A stretch of DNA of 64,000 bases from an uncultured Actinomycetota bacterium (lineage in GTDB: Bacteria; Actinomycetota; Thermoleophilia; Solirubrobacterales; Solirubrobacteraceae): the NCBI GenBank assembly GCA_963801435.1, contig CAWDFE010000029.1, positions 80,273 to 144,272 of the forward strand, given 5' to 3'. The position numbers and the translations under genes are program-made. Below, in pieces: positions 19,590 to 28,677 of the stretch. Under the pieces are notes generated by a model. The model was not told where the DNA came from. It was given only the letters and a program-made list of their open reading frames with translations, and ran no database searches. Position 1 is the first letter of the stretch. Every line of letters starts with the position of its first letter.

Positions 19590-20881
19590 CCGACACCGCG
19601 GTTGACAGCACCCGCTCGGCGCAGCTCTACGCGCGCGCACGGCGCCTCATGCCCGGCGGGGTGAACTCGCCGGTGCGGGCGATGCGCTCGATCGGCCGCG
19701 ACCCGATCTTCATCGCCTCGGGCGCCGGGCCGATCATCACCGACGTCGACGGCAACCACTACATCGACTGGGTGAGCTCGTGGGGCCCGCTCATCCTGGG
19801 CCACGCGCATCCCGACGTGGTCGCGGCGGTGGGCGCGGCGGCGGCGCGCGGCACCACCTTCGGCGCCCCCACGCCGGGCGAGGTGGAGCTCGCCGCGCAG
19901 GTCTCCGAGCGCTTCCCCTCCGTGGAGATGCTGCGCATGACCTCGTCCGGGACCGAGGCGACGCTGAGCGCCATCCGGCTGGCCCGCGCCGCCACCGGCC
20001 GTGACACGATCCTCAAGTTCTCGGGCGCCTACCACGGCCATGTGGACGGGCTGCTGGCCGAGGCCGGCTCGGGCCTGGCCACGCAGGGGATCCCTGCCAG
20101 CCCCGGAGTGCCGGCGGCGGCTGCGGCGGCGACCATGATCGTGCCCTGGAACGACCCCGAAGCGCTGTTGGGCGCGGTCGCCCGCCACACGCCCGCGGCG
20201 ATCATCGCCGAGCCCGTTCCGGCCAACATGGGCGTCGTCCCGCCCCAGCCGGGGTACCTCGAGTTGCTGCGCCGCACCGCGTCGGACCGCGGCGCCCTGC
20301 TCGTCTTCGACGAGGTGATCACCGGCCTGCGCGTCGCCCGCGGCGGCGCCCAGGAGCGCTTCGGCGTGCTGCCCGACCTCACCATCATGGGCAAGATCGT
20401 GGGCGGGGGGCTGCCCGCGGCCGCCTACGGTGGGTCCCGGGAGCTGATGGAGCGCATCGCGCCGGCCGGCGACGTCTACCAGGCGGGGACGCTTTCGGGC
20501 AATCCGCTGGCGGTCGCCGCCGCCCTGGCCACGCTTCAGCACCTCGACGGGGCCGCCTACGAGCGGCTGGCTGAGACCACCGAGACGCTGGCCGAGGGCA
20601 TGCGTGAGGTCGCGCGGGCCGCCGGCTACCCGGTCCAGGTCCAGTCGTTGCCGGGCCTGCTCACGATCTTCTTCACCGAGGGGCCGGTGACCAACTACGC
20701 CGGGGCGGCTGGGTGCGACACCGACGCCTACGCCCGCTGGTGCCGGGCCCTGCTGGCCCGCGGCGTGTACCCGCCGCCGTCGCAGTTCGAGGCTTGGTTC
20801 CCGTCGCTGGCCCACGGTCGCGAGCACGTCACGCGCACCCTGACGGCGGCAGCCGAGGCGTTCGCCGAGGTCCTAGGGTGA
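19586..20881 (+). CDS. hemL: Glutamate-1-semialdehyde 2,1-aminomutase
   Basis: PGGVNSPVR, SGTEA, FDEVITG, GKIVGGGLP and YQAGTLSGNP motifs. Confidence 0.97.
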   Translation: MTDTAVDSTRSAQLYARARRLMPGGVNSPVRAMRSIGRDPIFIASGAGPIITDVDGNHYIDWVSSWGPLILGHAHPDVVAAVGAAAARGTTFGAPTPGEVELAAQVSERFPSVEMLRMTSSGTEATLSAIRLARAATGRDTILKFSGAYHGHVDGLLAEAGSGLATQGIPASPGVPAAAAAATMIVPWNDPEALLGAVARHTPAAIIAEPVPANMGVVPPQPGYLELLRRTASDRGALLVFDEVITGLRVARGGAQERFGVLPDLTIMGKIVGGGLPAAAYGGSRELMERIAPAGDVYQAGTLSGNPLAVAAALATLQHLDGAAYERLAETTETLAEGMREVARAAGYPVQVQSLPGLLTIFFTEGPVTNYAGAAGCDTDAYARWCRALLARGVYPPPSQFEAWFPSLAHGREHVTRTLTAAAEAFAEVLG

Positions 20882-21426
20882 GCCTGGCCGCGCTGCGCGA
20901 GGCGCTCTTGGACCAGGGCGGCACGCTCGCCGACTCACTCGATGTGGCGGCGGAGGCCGACGTCGCTCCCCCGCCCGGGCCCGGAGCGCCGCAGCTCGCC
21001 GCGGCAGGCCCCCGCACCGCGGGACGTGAGCGCGAGTACGAGTTGCTGCTCGAGATGATCGTGGAGGGATCGCTGCTGCACTACGGCGCCCCGCGGCTGG
21101 TGCGCCGCGCCGATCCCGACCTCGCGCTGCTGCTGGGCGATCAGCTCTACGCCCTGGGGCTGGTGCGCCTGGCCGAGCTGGGAGACCTCGACGCGGTCGC
21201 CGAGCTGGCCGACCTCATCTCGCTGCTGGCGCAGGCACAGGCGGCGTCGAACCCCCGTCTAGCGGACGCGATCTGGCAGGCCGGGGCGGCGGCGATCGGC
21301 TGGGGAGCGACGCTCGAGCACGCGGAGGCAAAGGCGCTGGCGCGGGCCGGGGACAGCGGGGCTGCGGACGCGCTCACCGCGGCCCGCGATGCCGCGATTC
21401 GGAATCCCAACGGTGGGGTCTCGTGA
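20878..21426 (+). CDS. Hypothetical protein, possible prenyl diphosphate synthase small subunit (HepS-like)
   Basis: LLLGDQLYALGL..LAELGD resembles the isoprenoid-synthase LAGD motif; GTG overlaps the hemL stop. Confidence 0.55.
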   Translation: MSLAALREALLDQGGTLADSLDVAAEADVAPPPGPGAPQLAAAGPRTAGREREYELLLEMIVEGSLLHYGAPRLVRRADPDLALLLGDQLYALGLVRLAELGDLDAVAELADLISLLAQAQAASNPRLADAIWQAGAAAIGWGATLEHAEAKALARAGDSGAADALTAARDAAIRNPNGGVS

Positions 21427-21500
21427 CGCCCGCCTCTTTGTTGACTGTACGCTTCGGGGCGCGTTCAATGTCCTTTAGCTGCGGTTGAGCGAACACACAA

Positions 21501-22184
21501 GTGGCAGATCGACACAAAGAGGGCTTTAAGTCCAAGTACACGGCCGACCGGCAGATGCCGGGCGCGTTTGACGGCGAGACCGTCACCCGGCGCCGGTTCA
21601 TGAATGTCGTGACGCAGGGCAGCGGCCTGGTCGCCGCGATGGCGTTCACGCTCCCCGCGCTGGGGTTCGCTCTGGGGCCGCTGTTCAGCCGAGTCCCCTT
21701 TGACTGGCAGCCCATCGGTCCGCCCGAGGACTTCACCCAGACGACCTACAACACCAAGGTGCTCACGATCGTCCAGGGCATCGGCGAGGCCGGCTACTCG
21801 ATCGCCTACGTCCGGGGCCGGGACCCGCAGATCGACACCGAGCCCGAGGACCAGTACAACCACTGGGTGGCGCTGTCCTCGCGCTGCATGCACCTGGGCT
21901 GTCCGGTTCGTTACGTGGCCGCCGCACAGCGCTTCATCTGCCCCTGTCACGGCGGGGTCTACGACTTCCGCGGCATGGTGGCCGGCGGTCCCCCGGTCCG
22001 CCCGCTGGACCGGTTCTACACCCGCCTGAACAAGGCGACCGGCCTGGTCGAGATCGGTCCGCGCTACTCGGTCAACTCCGAGCTCGAGCGCTTCTCCCCG
22101 CGTGACCCCGGCCAGCCGCTGGACGGCATCGGGCAGTTCTTGTATCCGGCGCGGTTCGACACCTCGACGCTGCCCAAGAACTGA
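21501..22184 (+). CDS. qcrA: Rieske iron-sulfur subunit of menaquinol:cytochrome c reductase
   Basis: Tat motif TRRRF; CMHLGC and CPCHG boxes. Confidence 0.93.
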   Translation: MADRHKEGFKSKYTADRQMPGAFDGETVTRRRFMNVVTQGSGLVAAMAFTLPALGFALGPLFSRVPFDWQPIGPPEDFTQTTYNTKVLTIVQGIGEAGYSIAYVRGRDPQIDTEPEDQYNHWVALSSRCMHLGCPVRYVAAAQRFICPCHGGVYDFRGMVAGGPPVRPLDRFYTRLNKATGLVEIGPRYSVNSELERFSPRDPGQPLDGIGQFLYPARFDTSTLPKN

Positions 22185-22975
22185 TGCCCGAGATCCTGCC
22201 CAAGTCGCTCAAGCCGCTCCCCAAGCCACCCGGCGAAGAGGGTCAGCAGATGACGCCGCTCGAGACTGCCGCCGAGGGCGGGATCCACGTCGTCGACTGG
22301 ATCGACGAGCGCACCTCGCTGTCGGGCGGCGTGCGCTGGCTGCTGTTCCGCAAGGTCCCCAAGGGGATCAACTGGTTCTACACCCTGGGCTCGGCGACGC
22401 TGTTCGCCTTCCTCAACCAGGCGGTCACGGGCGTGTTCCTGGCGATGTTCTACCAGCCGAACGTCAACGGCGGCGCCTACGAATCGATCCGCTATATCAC
22501 GGACGACGCCTTCCTCGGCCAGCTCGTGCGGAGCATGCACAAGTGGGGCGCGTCGGTGATGATCATCCTCATCTTCCTGCACATGGCGCGCGTGTTCTTC
22601 TTCGGCGCCTACAAGTACCCGCGGGAGCTGACGTGGATCATCGGCGTGACCCTGCTCATCCTGACCCTGGCGATGGGCTTCACCGGCTATCTGCTGCCGT
22701 TCGACCAGCGCTCCTACTGGGCCACGATCGTGGGCGTGAACATCAACGGCACCGGCCCGTTCCTGGGTCCCTACCTGTCGGACTTCCTGCGCGCAGGTCC
22801 CGAGTTCGGCGCCACCACGCTGTCGCGGTTCTACGCCATCCACATGCTGCTCATCCCCGGGCTGATCGCCGCCCTCATCGGCGCGCACCTGTACTTGGTC
22901 ACCAAGCTGGGCATCTCGGCACCGCCGTGGCTCAAGGCCGAGGAGGAGCCCGAGATGCGCGAGGCGCAGGTATGA
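22184..22975 (+). CDS. qcrB: Cytochrome b (split, b6-like N-terminal part)
   Basis: RSMHKW, LHMAR, FTGYLLP, YAIHML and AHL: four His ligands; 263 aa. Confidence 0.92.
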   Translation: MPEILPKSLKPLPKPPGEEGQQMTPLETAAEGGIHVVDWIDERTSLSGGVRWLLFRKVPKGINWFYTLGSATLFAFLNQAVTGVFLAMFYQPNVNGGAYESIRYITDDAFLGQLVRSMHKWGASVMIILIFLHMARVFFFGAYKYPRELTWIIGVTLLILTLAMGFTGYLLPFDQRSYWATIVGVNINGTGPFLGPYLSDFLRAGPEFGATTLSRFYAIHMLLIPGLIAALIGAHLYLVTKLGISAPPWLKAEEEPEMREAQV

Positions 22976-22994
22976 CCCCGTCCCCACCCACCCC

Positions 22995-23732
22995 ATGAAC
23001 CAGGCCGAGAAGGAGGGCTACCTCCGCGACTACGCCCTCCTGAAGAACCAGGGCAAGCCGTTCTTCCCCTACGCGGTCGCCAAGGACTCGATGATGGCCG
23101 TGGTGGTCATGGTCGTGATCATCTTCCTCGCCCTCATGTTCGGCGCGGAGATGGGGCCCAAGGCGGACCCGACCACCACCACGTACGTCCCCCGGCCGGA
23201 CTGGTACTTCTTCTTCCTGTTCGAGGTCTTGAGGGTGATGAAGAACATCCCCAAGTTCACGGACCTCGCCACGATCGGCGTGCCGACGATCTGCATGATC
23301 CTGCTGTTCCTGCTGCCGTTCTATGACCGCAGCCCGGAGCGCCGGATCGAGCGCCGGCCAGTGGCCCTGGCCGCCGGACTGACCACGATCTTCGCGATGG
23401 CGTTCCTCACCTACTCGGGTGCCAGCACCGGGTCTCCCAACACCGTCGACCTGCCGCCGCCGGCGGGGCTCACCGCCGCGCAGAAGGCGACATTCCGGGC
23501 CGGCGAGGACGTCGTGGGCGAGTCGGGCTGCCTGGCCTGCCACGTGATCGGCGACAACGGCAACAACGGGCCCGGCCCGCCCCTCACTCACATCGGATCG
23601 ATTCGCCGACCCCAGGCGATCGCCTCGACGCTCCGCAACCCGACGGCGCCGATGCCATCGTTCGCGGACCTGGCCAAGACCAGTCCGGAGAAGTTCCAGA
23701 ACCTGGTCAACTTCCTTTCGATGCTCCAGTAG
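22995..23732 (+). CDS. qcrC: Subunit IV-cytochrome c fusion
   Basis: PDWYF (PEWY box), LPFYDR, single CLACH and MPSF. Confidence 0.88.
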   Translation: MNQAEKEGYLRDYALLKNQGKPFFPYAVAKDSMMAVVVMVVIIFLALMFGAEMGPKADPTTTTYVPRPDWYFFFLFEVLRVMKNIPKFTDLATIGVPTICMILLFLLPFYDRSPERRIERRPVALAAGLTTIFAMAFLTYSGASTGSPNTVDLPPPAGLTAAQKATFRAGEDVVGESGCLACHVIGDNGNNGPGPPLTHIGSIRRPQAIASTLRNPTAPMPSFADLAKTSPEKFQNLVNFLSMLQ

Positions 23733-23754
23733 GGCGCTTCAGGGGCAAGGGACC

Positions 23755-24552
23755 ATGACGGCGAGACCATCTTCGCCGCCGGGCCACTCCGACACGGACG
23801 TTCGGCATCCGATCGCGGAGTCCATGCCCGGCACGCTGCCCGAGCCGCAGGTCCGGGCCATGTTCGATCGCATCGCCGGCGTCTACGACCGCATGAACTC
23901 GGTCATGACCGCCGGGCTGCACCACCACTGGCGCCGGCGCGCTGCCGACCTGGCGGTAGTCGGGCCCGGCGCGCGCGCGCTCGACGTCGCCACCGGCACC
24001 GGCGACCTCGCGCTCGAGCTGGCCCGGCGGGTGGCGCCCGGCGGCGCGGTGACCGGCGCTGACTTCTCGGAGCGGATGCTCGAGCTGGCGCGCCAGAAGT
24101 CGGATGGCGCGGTGGCGGCGGGGCTCATCGCGCGCGAGGTCGAGATGCGCTTCGAGGCCGCCAACGCCTTGGCGCTGCCCTACGGTGACGGCGAGTTCGA
24201 CGCGGCGACCGTGGGCTTCGGCGCGCGCAACTTCTCCGATCTCGAGGGCGGCCTGGCCGAGATGGCCCGCGTCGTGCGCCCCGGTGGCCGCGTCGTGGTG
24301 CTGGAGATCACCAGCCCCACGGGCCCGCCGCTGTCAACGTTTCTGGATGTGTGGTTTGACCACATCGTCCCCATGCTCGGCCGGGTGGCCGGCGATGCCG
24401 ACGCCTACAGCTACCTGCCCAGCTCGGTGCGGCGCTTTCCTGCGCCGGAGGCGCTGGCGACGGTCATGTGGCGCTGCGGGCTGCGCCCCGTGCGATATGT
24501 GATCACCGCCGGCGGGATCATCGCCCTCCACGTCGGCGAGGTCGCGCGATGA
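23755..24552 (+). CDS. menG: Demethylmenaquinone methyltransferase (UbiE/MenG)
   Basis: MFDRIA..YD.MN, LDVATGTGD, FGARN and Y.YLP.SV motifs. Confidence 0.9.
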   Translation: MTARPSSPPGHSDTDVRHPIAESMPGTLPEPQVRAMFDRIAGVYDRMNSVMTAGLHHHWRRRAADLAVVGPGARALDVATGTGDLALELARRVAPGGAVTGADFSERMLELARQKSDGAVAAGLIAREVEMRFEAANALALPYGDGEFDAATVGFGARNFSDLEGGLAEMARVVRPGGRVVVLEITSPTGPPLSTFLDVWFDHIVPMLGRVAGDADAYSYLPSSVRRFPAPEALATVMWRCGLRPVRYVITAGGIIALHVGEVAR

Positions 24553-25526
24553 ACGCGGTCCAGGAGACGGTGCAGGCGGTCGTCGCGGCCGGCGGCGGAG
24601 CGGCGGCGCGGCTGATGGAGCGCCTGGAGGCGCGGCTGCTCGAGGTCGCGGGGGGTCACGGCGCGCTGCTCGGGCGCCATGCCGGCGATACGATCGCCGC
24701 CGGCGGCAAGCGACTGCGGCCGCTGCTGCTGTTCCTCGCCGCCGGCGCACCGCCCCCCGAGTCCGAGGCATTGCTGCGCTCGGCGGTGGCGGTGGAGCTG
24801 GTGCACTCGGCAACCCTGGTCCACGATGACGTGCTCGACGGGTCGCCGCTACGGCGGGGGCGGCCCACCGTGATGGCAGCCGGGGGGCGGCTGGCGGCCA
24901 CCGCGACCGGCGACCTGCTCTTCTCGCGCGCGTTCGCCGAGCTGGCCGGGGCGCGGTCGGTGGCGGCGGTGCGGGTGCTCTCGCGCGCCAGCTCGGAACT
25001 GGCCACCGGCGAGCTCATGCAGCGCGCCGACGCCTGGCGAGCGGTGCCCACCGAGCGCTACCTCGAGCGCTGCCGGCTGAAGACCGCCGTGCTGTTCCGG
25101 GCGGCATGCGAGCTGGGCGCGCTGGAGGGCGATGACGAGGAGCGCGTTGAGGGGCTGGCCGCCTTCGGCGAGCGGATCGGGCTCGCCTTCCAGCTGCTCG
25201 ACGACGTGCTCGATGTGACGGGACCCCCCGAGCGCACCGGGAAGCCGCGCGGCGCTGATCTGCTGGACGGGACGGTGACCCTGCCGCTCATTCTCGCGCG
25301 CGGGCGCGACCCCGAGCTGGGGGCGCTGGACCTGCGCAGCGTCGTCACGCCCGCGCATGCCGCCCGGGTGTGCGCGCGCATCGCGGACACCGGGGCGCTC
25401 GAGGAGACGCGGGCGCGCGCCCTTGACCTGGTGGCGAGCGCCAAGGCCGAGCTCCCGGATCTCCTGGAGCGCCAGCGCACGGCGCTCGAGCTCATCGCCG
25501 ACGGCGTGGTGGAGCGCTATTCGTGA
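24549..25526 (+). CDS. Polyprenyl diphosphate synthase (catalytic subunit)
   Basis: GGKRLRP, HDDVLD, KTA and FQLLDDVLD motifs. Confidence 0.92.
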   Translation: MNAVQETVQAVVAAGGGAAARLMERLEARLLEVAGGHGALLGRHAGDTIAAGGKRLRPLLLFLAAGAPPPESEALLRSAVAVELVHSATLVHDDVLDGSPLRRGRPTVMAAGGRLAATATGDLLFSRAFAELAGARSVAAVRVLSRASSELATGELMQRADAWRAVPTERYLERCRLKTAVLFRAACELGALEGDDEERVEGLAAFGERIGLAFQLLDDVLDVTGPPERTGKPRGADLLDGTVTLPLILARGRDPELGALDLRSVVTPAHAARVCARIADTGALEETRARALDLVASAKAELPDLLERQRTALELIADGVVERYS

Positions 25527-25565
25527 GAAGCGCCCGCCCGCCCATCGCGAGCGGCCGGGGAGGAG

Positions 25566-25955
25566 CTAGAAGTCCTCGGGGAGGATGAGGTCGGCGTTGA
25601 GCGCCGCGGCGAACCGCTCGATCTCCTCGGTCATGTTCGCCTGGGTGACGCGACGCAGGTCCGAAAGCATGTCGGTCAGGCCGTCGTCGAGGCGCTCCTC
25701 CAGCGCGTCGACCTGCTCCTGATCGAAGACGCCCTCGTCCATCCAGAAGCAGTTGGGGCACTGCAGGACGAGCTCCCAGAAGCCCTGGGGCGCCTCGGAC
25801 CAGGCGAGCGGCTGCACCAGGTGCGAGCTGCACTCGGGGCAAACGTGCAGGCCCGGGTGCGTCGTCTCCTCGGCGTAGAACCGGACAACCTCGATCGTCC
25901 GCCCGGAGGGGAGGACGATGCGTCGGATCGAGTGTCTCTCAGGGTGGTTGTTCAT
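25566..25955 (-). CDS. Hypothetical zinc-ribbon protein
   Basis: CPEC...CPNC; acidic helical C-terminus ending ILPEDF. Confidence 0.75.
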   Translation of the reverse strand: MNNHPERHSIRRIVLPSGRTIEVVRFYAEETTHPGLHVCPECSSHLVQPLAWSEAPQGFWELVLQCPNCFWMDEGVFDQEQVDALEERLDDGLTDMLSDLRRVTQANMTEEIERFAAALNADLILPEDF

Positions 25956-26094
25956 GGCGGCTCACGGGATTTATCGGCTCGCCTCAGTCCGAGCTTGAGC
26001 GAGATCACGCCAACCCACACGCGTTAACACATCCGGACGGCCTTTTGGCCGCTACGCTTGTCTTCCCCCCAAATTTGGAGAGGCGTTTGAAGCA

Positions 26095-26352
26095 ATGTTC
26101 CGTAACCCAGGCATAGACGCGATCGTCGTCCTCATCATTGTTCTACTGATTCTTGGTCCAAAGCGGCTGCCCGGGATCGGTAAGGGCTTGGGGTCGGGGA
26201 TGCGCGAGTTCAAGGAAGGGATCACCGGCGAGTCCAAGGACGACGAGAAGCCCGCTCTGTCTGAGGCCAGGACCACGCCGGAGGCCACGCCGAGCTCCAG
26301 CGAGCCGGCGGCCACCCCCGGATCCGGCACCGCTGGGTCCGAGCGCTCCTAG
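26095..26352 (+). CDS. tatA: Twin-arginine translocase TatA
   Basis: TM helix then GPKRLP..GKGLG.GMREFK. Confidence 0.92.
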   Translation: MFRNPGIDAIVVLIIVLLILGPKRLPGIGKGLGSGMREFKEGITGESKDDEKPALSEARTTPEATPSSSEPAATPGSGTAGSERS

Positions 26353-26373
26353 CAGCGCGCCGGGGCGCACACC

Positions 26374-27363
26374 ATGGCGAAGGTTCTCCGGCCCATCGGG
26401 CACGAGGATCGCCTGAGCATCGTCGACCATCTCGACGAGCTGCGCAGCCGCCTGTTCGTGTGTCTCGCGGCGCTCGCCGTCGCGTTCGCGCTCTGCTACT
26501 GGCAGAACAACACGCTGCTGGACCTTCTCAACAAGCCGCTACCGCCGGCGTCCAGCCACGCGTCCAACAAGATCGGCGGGCTGACGCGCGACAGCGCCAA
26601 CGCGTCGAAGGCGATCGGCGACGCCGCCAAGCAGTTCAAGGCGCTATCAACCTCGTCCAGTCTGTCGGCAGGCGACCGGACGACGCTGGGTCAGGCGGCC
26701 AACGACCTGACGCAGGCATCGAGGGCCTTACCCCAGACGACCCCCAGGAACGTGCCGGTCACGCTCGGCGTGGGAGAGGGCTTCACCACGACGCTGACCG
26801 TCTGCTTCTGGGCGGCGCTCCTCCTCACGCTGCCGGTCCTGCTCTACGAGCTGTACGCGTTCTGCGTACCGGCGCTGAGCGCGTCGGAGCGCAAGGTGGC
26901 GACGCCCGTGATTCTCGCGGCGCCCGCGCTGTTCGTCGTCGGCGTGCTCTTCACGTTCATCGTCGTCCTGCCTGCGGCCGTCAAGTTCCTCCAGGGCTAC
27001 AACTCCGGCCAGTTCGACAACCTCGTGCAGGCCAAGCCGCTGTATTCGTTCGAGGTTGTCACGATGGGCGCGATCGGCCTGGCCTTCCAGCTGCCGCTGA
27101 TGCTGATGGGCCTGCGTCAGCTCGGCGTGATCAATGGCAGCACCCTGACCCGTCACTGGCGCTACGCTACGGTCATCATCGCCGTCATCGCGGCGGCGAT
27201 GCCAGGGGCGGACCCGGTCACGACCGGCTTGGAGACCGCCCCGCTCGTCATCCTCTTTCTCGCCAGCATCGTGTTGCTCAAACTCGCTGACCGCCGTGAC
27301 GCCAAACGCGCCGCCGCCGAGCTGATCACCGTCGGCCCGCCGGACGCCGGCCAGTCGGAGTAG
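26374..27363 (+). CDS. tatC: Twin-arginine translocase TatC
   Basis: DHLDELRSRL, FQLP and PGADP motifs; follows tatA. Confidence 0.92.
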   Translation: MAKVLRPIGHEDRLSIVDHLDELRSRLFVCLAALAVAFALCYWQNNTLLDLLNKPLPPASSHASNKIGGLTRDSANASKAIGDAAKQFKALSTSSSLSAGDRTTLGQAANDLTQASRALPQTTPRNVPVTLGVGEGFTTTLTVCFWAALLLTLPVLLYELYAFCVPALSASERKVATPVILAAPALFVVGVLFTFIVVLPAAVKFLQGYNSGQFDNLVQAKPLYSFEVVTMGAIGLAFQLPLMLMGLRQLGVINGSTLTRHWRYATVIIAVIAAAMPGADPVTTGLETAPLVILFLASIVLLKLADRRDAKRAAAELITVGPPDAGQSE

Positions 27364-27366
27364 GCG

Positions 27367-28026
27367 ATGCTGTTCGATCTGCGCAGCCGCGGCCGCCGCC
27401 GCACCGTTCAGGCGGTGTACCTGGGGTTGGCCGTCCTCATGGGCGGTGGCCTCATCCTGTTCGGCGTTGGCACGGGCAGCGGCATCGGCGGCCTGCTCAA
27501 CGCCTTCACCGGCAACGGGTCCAACAATCAGAGCGCCCAGATCAGCCAGGCCGAGAAGGCCGCGATCAAGGCGACCCAGAAAGACCCCAACAACGCCGCG
27601 GCGTGGGGCGCCCTGCTGACGGCCCGCTACCAGAACGCCTCCAGCGTTGGCTTCAACAGCAACACCAACACCTACACCGCCGCCGGCAAGCAGGAGCTGA
27701 CCAAGGCCACCGAGGCCTGGCAGCGCTACCTCGCCCTGACCAAGAACCCCACCAACAACCTCTCCATCGTCGCTGCCAACGCCTACGCCACCCTCGCCGA
27801 TTACGGAAACGAGGCCAATGCGTGGGACTACGCCACCCAGGCTGACCCAAGCTCCCCCAAGAGCTTCGAGTGCCTGGCCATCTCGGCGTACGCGGCCAAG
27901 CAGAATCGCACGGGCGACCTCGCCGCCGCCAAGGTGGCCGCCATGGTCCCGAAGTCGACCCGCAAGACCCTGCTGCAGCAGATCAACACCGCCAAGACCA
28001 ACCCCGCCTTGGCCCAGACCTGCTGA
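27367..28026 (+). CDS. Membrane-anchored TPR-like hypothetical protein
   Basis: MLFDLRSRGRRR plus a TM helix; DPNNAAAW-type helical repeats. Confidence 0.7.
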   Translation: MLFDLRSRGRRRTVQAVYLGLAVLMGGGLILFGVGTGSGIGGLLNAFTGNGSNNQSAQISQAEKAAIKATQKDPNNAAAWGALLTARYQNASSVGFNSNTNTYTAAGKQELTKATEAWQRYLALTKNPTNNLSIVAANAYATLADYGNEANAWDYATQADPSSPKSFECLAISAYAAKQNRTGDLAAAKVAAMVPKSTRKTLLQQINTAKTNPALAQTC

Positions 28027-28069
28027 CCGCTCGCGTTCTTCGGGCCGGGGTAACATCGGCGGGACCCGA

Positions 28070-28142
28070 GGGCCGTTAGCTCAGCTGGTAGAGCAGGGGA
28101 CTCTTAATCCCAAGGTCGGAGGTTCGATCCCTCCACGGCCCA
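28070..28142 (+). tRNA. tRNA-Lys (CTT)
   Basis: GGGCCGT/ACGGCCC acceptor stem, D-arm GCTC/GAGC, anticodon loop CTCTTAA, T-arm GGAGG-TTCGATC-CCTCC; CCA not encoded. Confidence 0.97.
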
Positions 28143-28150
28143 CTCCGAAC

Positions 28151-28178
28151 GCCCCGGCTTGTCCGGGGCTTTCGTGTT
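28151..28178 (+). terminator. Hairpin downstream of the tRNA
   Basis: GCCCCGG-CTTGT-CCGGGGC followed by TTTCGTGTTT. Confidence 0.6.
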
Positions 28179-28269
28179 TTCGGGACATGTGCCAACTCCG
28201 CCGCATGTCCCCAATATGTCCCGAGACCGGCGCAGCATTTGCCACATGGACAGCTGAGTCCGGCCTCCG

Positions 28270-28485
28270 ACGGGGCATGTCTTCCGTGTCGAGCGGGGCC
28301 GCGGGCCCGTCTGGTACGCCAGGTACCGGCTGCCGGATGGGCGGCAGATTCAGAAGAAGCTGGGGCCGGCGGGGACCGAGCGGGGGGAGGCCGCCCGCCG
28401 GCCACTTCACCAAACGCCTGGCCGAGGCCTGGCTATGAGACGTCCTGGACCAGGCAGCGCCGAGGGACGCTGCCTGGCATGAGGT
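28270..28485 (+). pseudogene. N-terminal remnant of a tyrosine integrase
   Basis: GHVFRVERGRGPVWYARYRLPDGRQIQKKLGPA...HFTKRLAEAWL then stop; adjacent to the tRNA; no catalytic domain. Confidence 0.7.
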
Positions 28486-28677
28486 TAGCGGCGGAACATC
28501 CCGGTCGACCACTTCCACGGAGCACGGCCATCGGCGGACACAAAACTCACGTTTTGCGGGGCTTTTCAACGCCCAGTGAGATCCGGACTCCTGGTCCGCA
28601 TTAGGGTCGACTTGGGGCGCGGTTACTCGCATCACCAGCGGATGTATCATCGCGTCAGCGTGGGGAACCTGGGTCTC

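Noticed and set aside
26095-27363. Minimal TatAC system lacking TatB
   Set aside because: tatB is often unlinked in Actinobacteria; cannot be judged from this window
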